In this document: positions 46,201-54,579 of the stretch, one piece after another | How the letters are laid out: each line of letters starts with the position of its first letter | Numbering within the stretch: position 1 is the stretch's first letter | IMG/VR virus record: IMGVR_UViG_3300035070_002905 | Coordinates: 1 to 64,000 of that record | Source of the DNA: a virus | Length of the DNA stretch: 64,000 nt | Reading direction: 5' to 3' (one strand) | The notes under the pieces: model-generated | Told to the model about the DNA's origin: nothing | The model's database searches: none | What the model saw: only the letters and a program-made list of their open reading frames with translations | Made by a program: the position numbers and the translations under genes

Positions 46201-47038
46201 TGCTCTAGAGAAGCAGGCGATTCTCGGTGCGGTAACTAGTTACTTCGCTCAGAATGCATATGGCGCCAAGCTAGCTCGTTCGGGTAAGTTCAAGAAGGAG
46301 ATTGCTACTTCAGCCGCCCAGGGTATCCTAGGCAAGAAGGCTCCACGGACCCTTAAGACGGTCGGTAAGGATGCCTGGTATGGAGTGGCCGCTCCGGAAG
46401 TTAACTCTATTAAGAACGAGGCCTATACCCAGGCTCAGCTCTTCCGGAGTAAACATGACGTCGGCGGGATGCTCGGTAAGCTTAGTAAGCGAGATCAGGC
46501 GGTAGCCCGTCTAGCCGCTGCAGGTGATATGGAAGGACTTAAGCGTATCGGTCAGCACAATAACCCGATCATTAAGAAGATCCAGGAGCAGAAGTCTAAG
46601 TATAACGTTCCAGATATCCCTAAGAAGACCATGAAGGAAGTCGGCAAGCTACCCGAGGGTTCTCGTGTACCGTCTAGTAATAAGGCTGCCATTGCCGCTA
46701 ACGTAGCGAGTATTCCAGTACTGGGTACCGGTACCGCCGCGCTGAACGCCGCCAAGCTGGCTGCAGGTACAGAGGCTGCCGGTAAGACTAATCTGATGCA
46801 GAAGGCTAAGGACAAGTTCGTAACGAAGCCGTTGAAGGCTAGCTTTAAGGCCGGTGAGGTAGGCAAGGAGTTTAACGCTAAGAAGTACTGGGCGGAGAGT
46901 CTATCGATGAACCCGTTCACTGCAGAGGCTAATAGGCAGGCTCATAAGGCCGGTTCTACTAGTGGCAAGAACGAAATCGTCCAGCGTGCACGTGCCGCCA
47001 AGGCAGAGGCAAAACGCATGCAGAGTATCAATAAATAG
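46148..47038 (+). CDS. Lys/Ala-rich basic protein, possible internal virion protein
   Basis: Composition; LEKQA near N-terminus. Confidence 0.6.
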   Translation: MTANLTDQRSLQLKRASDALEKQAILGAVTSYFAQNAYGAKLARSGKFKKEIATSAAQGILGKKAPRTLKTVGKDAWYGVAAPEVNSIKNEAYTQAQLFRSKHDVGGMLGKLSKRDQAVARLAAAGDMEGLKRIGQHNNPIIKKIQEQKSKYNVPDIPKKTMKEVGKLPEGSRVPSSNKAAIAANVASIPVLGTGTAALNAAKLAAGTEAAGKTNLMQKAKDKFVTKPLKASFKAGEVGKEFNAKKYWAESLSMNPFTAEANRQAHKAGSTSGKNEIVQRARAAKAEAKRMQSINK

Positions 47039-47047
47039 GTCCGAAAT

Positions 47048-47065
47048 TGTTATAAGTAATATAGA
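47048..47065 (+). promoter_or_regulatory. putative promoter motif A
   Basis: TGTTATAAGTAATATAGA. Confidence 0.7.
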
Positions 47066-47076
47066 ATGGAGGACTT

Positions 47077-47175
47077 ATGGATACTCTACAAGCAGCCGTA
47101 ATTGGCTTAAAAGTATTAGTGATAATTGCCGGTGTCTGCTATGCAGTCTACCATCTAGCTAACGGCTCAACCTAA
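47077..47175 (+). CDS. 32-aa single-TM peptide
   Basis: GGAGG RBS; MDTLQAAVIGLKVLVIIAGVCYAVYHL. Confidence 0.5.
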   Translation: MDTLQAAVIGLKVLVIIAGVCYAVYHLANGST

Positions 47176-47204
47176 TGGTTGGGCCTTTTTTACAGGGTAA
47201 GAAA

Positions 47205-47402
47205 ATGATTCAATCTAAGATCGATGGAATGGCTAAGGCCAAAGCAAAGAAAGTTCTACTGGCTAAAGCTATTGAAGCCGGACTGGATCCTGAACTAATG
47301 ACCGAGAACATTGAAGCTAAGCTCGATGATCTCCTACAAGCTGTACTCGACGATGTCGGTTACGCACAACTAGCGGGCATTGCCCTAAGTAAGATGGACT
47401 AA
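47205..47402 (+). CDS. hypothetical protein
   Basis: Start MIQSK. Confidence 0.5.
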   Translation: MIQSKIDGMAKAKAKKVLLAKAIEAGLDPELMTENIEAKLDDLLQAVLDDVGYAQLAGIALSKMD

Positions 47403-47530
47403 ATGTATACTATCTGTCACCGTGAAAACGGGTATATCACCCACTCGTACGTCCTGGCAGATAGTCTGGGCGAAGCCCGAGTGAAAGCCTATGTAAATTA
47501 TTCTACTACAATGAACGTAATGAGGTTCGT

Positions 47531-47737
47531 ATGAAAAAACTATTAGTTATTGCCGTCCTGGTTCTTACAGGTTGCGGCGCACAGCCTAACCCTGAAGCCG
47601 AAGCAACGGCTTTAGCTAATAAATGCTTCTCAGGAGTAACCTCGCCGGTTGATTCCATGGAATGGCACAAGAAGTCTGACGACTGGAAAAACTCTTACTA
47701 CATGCACTTTGACGCAATCAACTGCGAGGAAATCTAA
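47531..47737 (+). CDS. small lipoprotein
   Basis: Lipobox LTGC. Confidence 0.7.
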   Translation: MKKLLVIAVLVLTGCGAQPNPEAEATALANKCFSGVTSPVDSMEWHKKSDDWKNSYYMHFDAINCEEI

Positions 47738-47738
47738 C

Positions 47739-48104
47739 ATGAAATATCTACTTATTATACTAGCGTTATTCTCTCTGGCCGGTTGTGGTAAAACTGAAAC
47801 TGTATGGGGAGCAACTACTGGATTCGATGACTACGGCTTTAAGAGAGCTTCGGTAATCGGAGTCTCTACTGATGGGGATCACTACCTGATGTACTCTTGC
47901 GTAGACCGAGGGGTCGAGCCTACTGTACATACCTTCATCGGGAACAATAAGACTCATAAGGTTATCAAAGGAGTTTCTACTGTAGAGCTGCATGCTGCTA
48001 AATACGGTGGAGATAAATACGCTGAAATAGAATCTATAGAGTTTTCCGTTAGTAATTTCGGTGAGACTATGGATGAAGCCTGGAGCTACTGCAGAGGTAA
48101 GTAA
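47739..48104 (+). CDS. lipoprotein
   Basis: Start MKYLL; lipobox LAGC. Confidence 0.7.
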   Translation: MKYLLIILALFSLAGCGKTETVWGATTGFDDYGFKRASVIGVSTDGDHYLMYSCVDRGVEPTVHTFIGNNKTHKVIKGVSTVELHAAKYGGDKYAEIESIEFSVSNFGETMDEAWSYCRGK

Positions 48105-48325
48105 TGCAAACACATCCTGATCTACGTAAGGTCTTTGAAGACGCGTACAACAATCGTATCCTGACGTTCACCCTGAACGGGATAACTTTCATAGAAGTAT
48201 GGTTTTCCGAAACTAAACATTACGAATACATTCGTGGTACAAACCGAGGCTCGCCGATGAAGTTCTGTGAGTCTGAAGTAAACACTGCACTACTAAACAA
48301 CAAGTTCACCTGGAGAACAAAATGA
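48104..48325 (+). CDS. hypothetical protein
   Basis: TAATG coupling. Confidence 0.55.
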   Translation: MQTHPDLRKVFEDAYNNRILTFTLNGITFIEVWFSETKHYEYIRGTNRGSPMKFCESEVNTALLNNKFTWRTK

Positions 48326-49209
48326 AGAAACTATTAGCACTTGCACTATTCACACCTATGGCTTTCGCTATGCCTACCGACCTTGCAGATATCTGTGAGA
48401 ACCCTGTAGTTCTACCTGCAGTAGTCGAGTACGCCGAGTGGAAGTATGCTCAGCCTGAGAACATCACGCTGGATCTATTGGAGAGCCGTCCTGGTGGAAG
48501 CTGGAAGGAGAAGGGTAAGCAACTCTTCAAGGACGTCCGTACCGAGAACGACAAGATCGCGATGCGCCTAGAAGAGTACCTAGATGTAGCCGACTATGAA
48601 GTAGCCGACCGCGTACTCGTTAAATTCGTCAAGATCAACGGTTCGATCCAGGGAGATAAGGAAGTCGAAGAACTATGTAACGTAGTCTACTCGGCCGAGC
48701 AGTTCCGTACCTACCAGGCCCGTCGTGTCGGACAGCTTAACGATGTAAGCTACAAGATCGATCAACTAGTAGTGAACCAGCCGGTTACCGTACACGAGCA
48801 CGCTCAGGTTAAGCGTGCCGAGATCGCGAAGGCCGAGCAGGAACGTAAGGCTAAGGAAGAGGCGGCTATCCGTGAGGAGGCTAAGCAGGAGGCCCTTCGT
48901 CTAGAGGCGGAGATGGCCAAGAAGGAAGCTGCAGCTCGTGTGGCTGCCGAGAAGGCTAGGGCTAAAGATCTGCTGGAAGAGGAAGCCCTGAAGCTTACTA
49001 TGGAGCTCGAGCAGAACTACATGGTGATCGAGAACTCTGCGATTGAAGTAGAGAAACTTGAGCAGATCCGTGCCGAGCTAGTCGAGAAGCTTGACCTAGT
49101 TAATCAAGGCGTGGAAGGCGCTAAGAATCGTGCCGATCAAGCGAGCATGAATGCAAGTGGAATCAAAGTGGTCCTTAAGGGTCTTAAAGCTAAATTGGAG
49201 AAAATGTAA
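48322..49209 (+). CDS. secreted protein with long coiled coil
   Basis: Signal peptide ending AFA; E/A/K heptads. Confidence 0.7.
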   Translation: MKKLLALALFTPMAFAMPTDLADICENPVVLPAVVEYAEWKYAQPENITLDLLESRPGGSWKEKGKQLFKDVRTENDKIAMRLEEYLDVADYEVADRVLVKFVKINGSIQGDKEVEELCNVVYSAEQFRTYQARRVGQLNDVSYKIDQLVVNQPVTVHEHAQVKRAEIAKAEQERKAKEEAAIREEAKQEALRLEAEMAKKEAAARVAAEKARAKDLLEEEALKLTMELEQNYMVIENSAIEVEKLEQIRAELVEKLDLVNQGVEGAKNRADQASMNASGIKVVLKGLKAKLEKM

Positions 49210-49766
49210 TGAAATATCGTTTACTAGAAGGTGTACTAAATGCAATTTGTGATGCCGGAAATACGCCTTATGTTAAGTGTTCTAACCTGCACCCTAACTA
49301 CCGTGGGCCTGAAGAATACGCTGTGGCTGGCTTTACCATTCACGCTATAGGTGGCAATGATGTCACTCACTTCGGTCTTGACGAGAACGGGATCTGCTTC
49401 CGTGCGTCATACAAAGGTGTAGCTCAAGACGTAACGCTTCCGCTAGATGGAATCTCTGCGCTCTACGCTAAGGAAGATCCTGAGATGGGTCTGCATTTCG
49501 ATGTAGCCGATGAGTTCCGAGATGTATTCTCAGAGCAGCAGATGGCAGCTGAACAGCAGGCGGTTACCATGTACGCTCACATCCTACAGCTACGCGATAA
49601 GCATGAGTTCTTCATGGAATCCGTAGAGACTCAGGGCGAGCAGCTACACGAGAAGCTGAAGGAGATCGTACGCTCGGCTCCTGCTCCGGCTCCTGCTCCG
49701 GCTCCTGACGAGTCTACCGGTTTCCGTAAGGAAGCTCATGTAGGCTGGAAGCCGCAAGTAGTATAA
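49209..49766 (+). CDS. sspB: SspB-like ClpXP adaptor
   Basis: TPYV...ICFRASYKG...VTLPLDGISALYAKE...GLHF; Pro-Ala linker; tail KPQVV. Confidence 0.65.
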   Translation: MKYRLLEGVLNAICDAGNTPYVKCSNLHPNYRGPEEYAVAGFTIHAIGGNDVTHFGLDENGICFRASYKGVAQDVTLPLDGISALYAKEDPEMGLHFDVADEFRDVFSEQQMAAEQQAVTMYAHILQLRDKHEFFMESVETQGEQLHEKLKEIVRSAPAPAPAPAPDESTGFRKEAHVGWKPQVV

Positions 49767-49771
49767 AGCAA

Positions 49772-49797
49772 GAAGGGCACCCGTCTGGGTGCCCTTC
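49772..49797. terminator. terminator at strand convergence
   Basis: GAAGGGCACCC-GTCT-GGGTGCCCTTC between convergent genes. Confidence 0.8.
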
Positions 49798-49817
49798 GCT
49801 TACTGCTTCTTTTTTCG

Positions 49818-50348
49818 CTAATGTATACCAATCGACACCGACTTGAATATCACATCGGTTATCGACTGACCGTCGTTCTGTACTATGGCAAAGCGAATCT
49901 TATCGCTCGTGTTAAGTTCCAGCGAGAACTCTACCGACTGAGTGGAATCCCGGTTATTACGCGAGTGTTCGAACATGGTAGGCAGTCCGGCGATACGCCA
50001 GGTTGCTCCACCGTCTCTACTTACGAATGGCGTAATTGCCATCTCTCGGTTGGCCTGGGCTAGGTTAACGATAAACCTGCCGATTATGACGAATGGATTC
50101 ACGGAGAATCCACCTTGATATGTAACAGTGCCGTCTGTGGGATCTACAGTAAACTGATTCCCTTGGACTAGCGTGAACTCTGCAGGGTTGGCTACTTCAA
50201 TCTTAGAGTATAGACTGTAGGTATTCACCGATCCGCCCGAGGTAATCAGGTCGGTTATAGGTGTGGTTACTGCTGTATTCTCCCCGGTCAGCCCGAGGAT
50301 AGTTCGCATGTGTGGACTGGGTGCTCCGATGACCGTTGATAGAATCAT
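49818..50348 (-). CDS. putative structural protein (beta-rich, C1q/TNF-like pattern)
   Basis: TAATG coupling; SVEFSLELNTSDKIRFAI. Confidence 0.6.
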   Translation of the reverse strand: MILSTVIGAPSPHMRTILGLTGENTAVTTPITDLITSGGSVNTYSLYSKIEVANPAEFTLVQGNQFTVDPTDGTVTYQGGFSVNPFVIIGRFIVNLAQANREMAITPFVSRDGGATWRIAGLPTMFEHSRNNRDSTQSVEFSLELNTSDKIRFAIVQNDGQSITDVIFKSVSIGIH

Positions 50349-50653
50349 TACACCCCCGAATGAGTGGCCTTTAGGAATATAGGAGCTGCACCATCGTAAT
50401 CCGTTACGGTAACGAATAGCGGGCTCTTGAATCCTAGGACTACTTCAACTGAAAAATCTGTGGTATGTGTACCGCCGACAGGAAGTGTAGTCACAGGAGA
50501 TTTCTCTCCGTTTACTTCCAACTGCGTCTGCAGCTCTACTCGAGTGGTTGTACCCCAATCTCCTAGACAGGTCACGATCTCACGACCGGTAATCGAACTG
50601 TCCAACAACATGAATTCTGATACATCCCCTTCTATTTTTAGCTCTCTTGCCAT
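50348..50653 (-). CDS. putative structural protein (true start MARELK)
   Basis: GGAG RBS upstream of ATG 50653. Confidence 0.65.
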   Translation of the reverse strand: MARELKIEGDVSEFMLLDSSITGREIVTCLGDWGTTTRVELQTQLEVNGEKSPVTTLPVGGTHTTDFSVEVVLGFKSPLFVTVTDYDGAAPIFLKATHSGV

Positions 50654-50666
50654 ATGCTTTCTCCAT

Positions 50667-50747
50667 AAAAGAAAAGGCACCCGAAGGTGCCTCGATGAGT
50701 GGCCAGCCCGAGGTAAAGGAGGAAATCCCCGAACCGGCGCCATACTC
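50667..50747 (-). ncRNA. candidate sRNA: hairpin with anti-SD loop followed by terminator
   Basis: TAAAATA at 50755-50749; long stem with loop AUUUCCUCCUUUA; AGGCACC-UUCG-GGUGCCU-U tract. Confidence 0.55.
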
Positions 50748-50760
50748 TTATTTTACTACA

Positions 50761-53025
50761 CTATAAGGGGTATGCAGTAGGTGTACCGTCGGAAGCTACT
50801 CCTAATCGGTACCTGCTCCCGTTAGGTGCAAGCATATCTACTCCATCATACGCGAATATCTCTCGGAATCTATTAGTGACAGAGCCTAGATCGTATGCAT
50901 TATTAGAAGTAGGAGTTACGCTAGTAGTTTCTAGGTTAAGATTCCCGAATCTGCGGCCTGGGCTATAGTCTTGACTTGGGACGTCTGTAAATTTCACACC
51001 CCCTATGGCATTTGCGAATCCAGATACTCTAGCATTATTCTCCGAGTTGTACACTGTAATGAACACTGATGTGTTGGCCCGGAACTGTGCTATGGATACT
51101 TCCTGAGATACAACCTCGTCGGTGTGTAGATTGAATACCGTATCGAAACACTGATCTCTGGTTAGTGACTGAGTTACTAAATGGTTGACGGATCCGATTT
51201 GCTTAATATCAAATGTACACCTATAGGTAGCGAAGCCTTGGTCTGGACTAGATCCGTCATCTTTCCACGAGGTATTGTTATAGAGTGCACTTACCGTAGT
51301 CCCACCCGTCTGATGTTCATAAGTACCCTGGAAGCTTACATTAGTGCATATCCCTTGGATAAAGGAATTGATAGCTACTGTATTGGCATTGTATACATGA
51401 ACGTTAGAGATTACTGCGTTCGCACCTCGGTCGAAACGGATAGGCTGCCTGATGTTGTTGCCTGATACATTAGATATGGTACATGATTGAGAGTCGGCAG
51501 AGTGGGGGTACCCTGCTCCATTACCGAATATAGCTATTAGTTTCTCGCAGTCTGCGCCAACTACGTTAGATACTACTACGTTATTCTTTCTAGATCCGGT
51601 ATACCCATTAATAGCGAATACTGTATCGACCAGCGTACAGTACAATCCGTCTATGATAATATTGGCAGGTGCACCGGTATTACCCTCTACTATAACACCC
51701 CTACCTCCTCCACGTACAGCATCCCAGGATGCGTTGCGTACTACAGTATTATAGACACGTATTTCTGAAGTGTTATCACGAATGATAAACCCTGAGTTGG
51801 CTGCGAAATTACCACAGTCAATATCTAGATCGTGCACGTCGATATTCGTTGCATCCCACGCCATGAATACTGACTCGTATCCCGTAAGAATACCGGTAGC
51901 AATGAATGTACCTCTATTATAAAACTTAGTGTTACTACGGAACTCAAGTGCAGCCGATACATTATAAGTGCCTTCTGGAACAAATATATGTCCTGCCAGA
52001 TCTAGAGCAGCTTGAATAGCAGCTGTATCATCCGCTACACCATCACCTACCGCACCGAAGTCCTTGACGTTCACTACATCGGCAAAACGATCGCCTAGAG
52101 TACGGCTTACTGTAGCGCCGGTAGATGTAACTTCAGCTTCCGTAACGATGTTACTAATGATCTCTACGCGACGATTATACGTCAGAGTAGCTGCGGCACC
52201 GGCAGAGTCTACGGCACTAACCGTCAGAGTATCTCCGACTACATTCCAGCTCTGTACCGTGTAGGTATCAGTCCAGTTATTACCGTACTCCCAGAGGACT
52301 CCTGCAGTCTCTAGGATAGAGTGATTGCCAGTAGTACTTTCGACCATTACACCGTCGGCAAGCGTCCAGCGGTTCAGACGAAGTCCGTTAGCCAGCACCT
52401 GACGCTGACGTCCGGTAGCTTGAATCCAGTAAGCGTAGCTCTCTTGGGTATCACGGAAGCGATCGGATAGAGACTTAGTAGAAGTCCCATCGTTCACTAC
52501 CATCGAGTTCGGATCGACCCATGCCAGACGACCGCCCTGAACGCCCTCTAGGGTGGTTCCAGCCGGGAAGGTATGAGTTAGTCGGATAGACGTCGCAGAG
52601 ATCACTGAGTAGTCTACAGGAGTCTCTAGACGGCCTCGATCGACTAGTGGACCGGAAACGTATACTTCCAGACCGTCGGTCTCGATAGACGTGAAGACTA
52701 TATCAGTCTGTCCGTCGGTTAGCGTATGGCTTTCGCCCTGCGCCTTGTTGAATGGGATCTCGTTCGCCAGTGCACGGCCTACTAGAAGAAGCTCATCGCC
52801 TGCCGTAAGGGCAGTCGTTAGAGTAATCGTCGAGCCTGCAGCATCACGAGTATAATCCTGTGTCGCACCGAATAGTAGGCGGGCACCGTTTAGATAGACC
52901 TCTTCCGCCCCGTCGATGAACGTCAGGTCGAATACAGTCTCGCCGCCTACAGCTACAAACTGCTGGCGGTCGATGATAGAACCGGCGCTAGTATAGTCAC
53001 CGGTAATGTTACTTAGTCTTGCCAT
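50761..53025 (-). CDS. tailspike/depolymerase (beta-helix) with N-terminal virion-attachment modules
   Basis: VYLNG modules; VNVKDFGAVGDGVADDTAAIQAA; beta-helix repeats. Confidence 0.85.
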   Translation of the reverse strand: MARLSNITGDYTSAGSIIDRQQFVAVGGETVFDLTFIDGAEEVYLNGARLLFGATQDYTRDAAGSTITLTTALTAGDELLLVGRALANEIPFNKAQGESHTLTDGQTDIVFTSIETDGLEVYVSGPLVDRGRLETPVDYSVISATSIRLTHTFPAGTTLEGVQGGRLAWVDPNSMVVNDGTSTKSLSDRFRDTQESYAYWIQATGRQRQVLANGLRLNRWTLADGVMVESTTGNHSILETAGVLWEYGNNWTDTYTVQSWNVVGDTLTVSAVDSAGAAATLTYNRRVEIISNIVTEAEVTSTGATVSRTLGDRFADVVNVKDFGAVGDGVADDTAAIQAALDLAGHIFVPEGTYNVSAALEFRSNTKFYNRGTFIATGILTGYESVFMAWDATNIDVHDLDIDCGNFAANSGFIIRDNTSEIRVYNTVVRNASWDAVRGGGRGVIVEGNTGAPANIIIDGLYCTLVDTVFAINGYTGSRKNNVVVSNVVGADCEKLIAIFGNGAGYPHSADSQSCTISNVSGNNIRQPIRFDRGANAVISNVHVYNANTVAINSFIQGICTNVSFQGTYEHQTGGTTVSALYNNTSWKDDGSSPDQGFATYRCTFDIKQIGSVNHLVTQSLTRDQCFDTVFNLHTDEVVSQEVSIAQFRANTSVFITVYNSENNARVSGFANAIGGVKFTDVPSQDYSPGRRFGNLNLETTSVTPTSNNAYDLGSVTNRFREIFAYDGVDMLAPNGSRYRLGVASDGTPTAYPL

Positions 53026-53067
53026 TTAGGAATTCCTTATGTTATGAGGTCGCGATCCTCGTATACA

Positions 53068-53108
53068 TATTTTAGCAGAAAGCCCTCGCGAGGAGGGCTT
53101 TGGGTTTA
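53068..53108 (-). promoter_or_regulatory. terminator (AAAGCCCTC stem) followed by TAAAATA promoter
   Basis: Hairpin 53079-53101; TAAAATA 53074-53068. Confidence 0.65.
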
Positions 53109-54569
53109 TATACCGAGATGCTCTTTGATACTTGCTATATCTTTAGCTTGACGTTGGATTATCTCCCCTTGAATACCGATGAATTCCTGGTACCCTATAG
53201 TATATACGTCTTCGCCGCCGTTAACTGAGTGATGTTGTAGTCCTGCAAAGTCCACGTTGTGTCGTAGCATGGCCTCCTCTACTTGCTGAGCTATAGCTCC
53301 TATATGGTACCTAGAACCCGACCTAGAGCCGTCTTTATCTACTGCGGTTACAGTGCCATCGGCATCCGTATCCGCGTATGACTCTCGATAATCCATACGG
53401 TATTGTCTCCATTCTATATCCATGAAGAATGCTATATGATCGTCTGTTAAAGACTTAATATCAATCTTATCGCGCCTATCAGAACGATCTTGAACTGCAC
53501 CATACGCGTATGTCGTAGTACCAGTAGTACCTAGTTGTATTTGATCATTACCAGTTACAGTAGAAGCCTGACCTATAGCCGTAGTTCTCGAAAACGCATG
53601 ATTCCTATTAGCCAGGTATCCTAGAGAAGAATTATACGTTCCAGTCAGACCCTCACACGCCTGTCGACCGAAGCCGGTATTGCCCGTCCCTACTCCTACT
53701 CCATATCCTGCACGATATCCCATCAAAGTAAGGTTGCTAGAGTCTATGGCAGAAGAGTCCCCTCTATATGCCGCCTGGTATCCTACTGCCGTATTATTAA
53801 TAGCGTTACTGTTTTCCAAGACTCTAGAGCCTATTGCAACGTTGAAATCAGAAGCAGTCGTGGCATTTCCGAGGGAGTAATCCCCTACCGCAACTTGAGA
53901 GTCTCCGTCAGATCCCAGACCTGCATGATATCCTACGGCAGTCTGGTTAGCGCCGTTACTCTGGTATCCAGATTGCTTACCTATAGATACTTTATTATTA
54001 CCGGTGGCCTGTTCACCTGCCCTCCACCCAATACCTACAGATTCCTCAGAGGTCGTAGTGTTGCCTGAATAGGATCCTACCCAAACACCTCTACCTCCGT
54101 TAAGATGGTTCCCCGTCTCTGCACCTATGGCAACAGTAGAAGATGCTCCCGTAGAGTCGTGCAGAGCTAGTCTGCCTACTCCAACTGAGTAACCAGAGTC
54201 AAAAGTACTAGAGGATATATCTGCATCTTGACCTGCCTGAATACCAACGAACACCCCATTCTCCCCAGTGGATCGATATCCTGCACGATATCCCACTGCA
54301 GTCTTCTGATCCCCTGAAGTTCTATCGGATACTCCGAATAGTCCGTTGTTTACTTGCCCACCATCGGTAGCGCTATATGCCACTGGAGTAGGGTATTCAG
54401 TCGGGTCGATGTACACATAATTCCCATATAAAGCATGTCCCGGCACGCTGTTTCTATAGAGAGTCCCGGGGTTTACAGTGGAATCTACTGTTACTACTCC
54501 ACCCCAAGTTATTCCGAATGAGGAGTCCCCTTCGTCAATCATTCGGTTATTTACTTTTGTTAAAGCCAT
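53106..54569 (-). CDS. tail fibre with Gly-rich AVG/AIG repeats and C-terminal intramolecular chaperone (peptidase S74)
   Basis: TAVGYRAG-type repeats; SDRRDK...HIGAIAQQV...YQEFI. Confidence 0.88.
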   Translation of the reverse strand: MALTKVNNRMIDEGDSSFGITWGGVVTVDSTVNPGTLYRNSVPGHALYGNYVYIDPTEYPTPVAYSATDGGQVNNGLFGVSDRTSGDQKTAVGYRAGYRSTGENGVFVGIQAGQDADISSSTFDSGYSVGVGRLALHDSTGASSTVAIGAETGNHLNGGRGVWVGSYSGNTTTSEESVGIGWRAGEQATGNNKVSIGKQSGYQSNGANQTAVGYHAGLGSDGDSQVAVGDYSLGNATTASDFNVAIGSRVLENSNAINNTAVGYQAAYRGDSSAIDSSNLTLMGYRAGYGVGVGTGNTGFGRQACEGLTGTYNSSLGYLANRNHAFSRTTAIGQASTVTGNDQIQLGTTGTTTYAYGAVQDRSDRRDKIDIKSLTDDHIAFFMDIEWRQYRMDYRESYADTDADGTVTAVDKDGSRSGSRYHIGAIAQQVEEAMLRHNVDFAGLQHHSVNGGEDVYTIGYQEFIGIQGEIIQRQAKDIASIKEHLGI

Positions 54570-54579
54570 TTGTTACTCC

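Noticed and set aside
50654-50743. N-terminal extension of ORF 50348-50743
   Set aside because: It has no RBS and crosses an intrinsic terminator; the RBS-supported start is 50653
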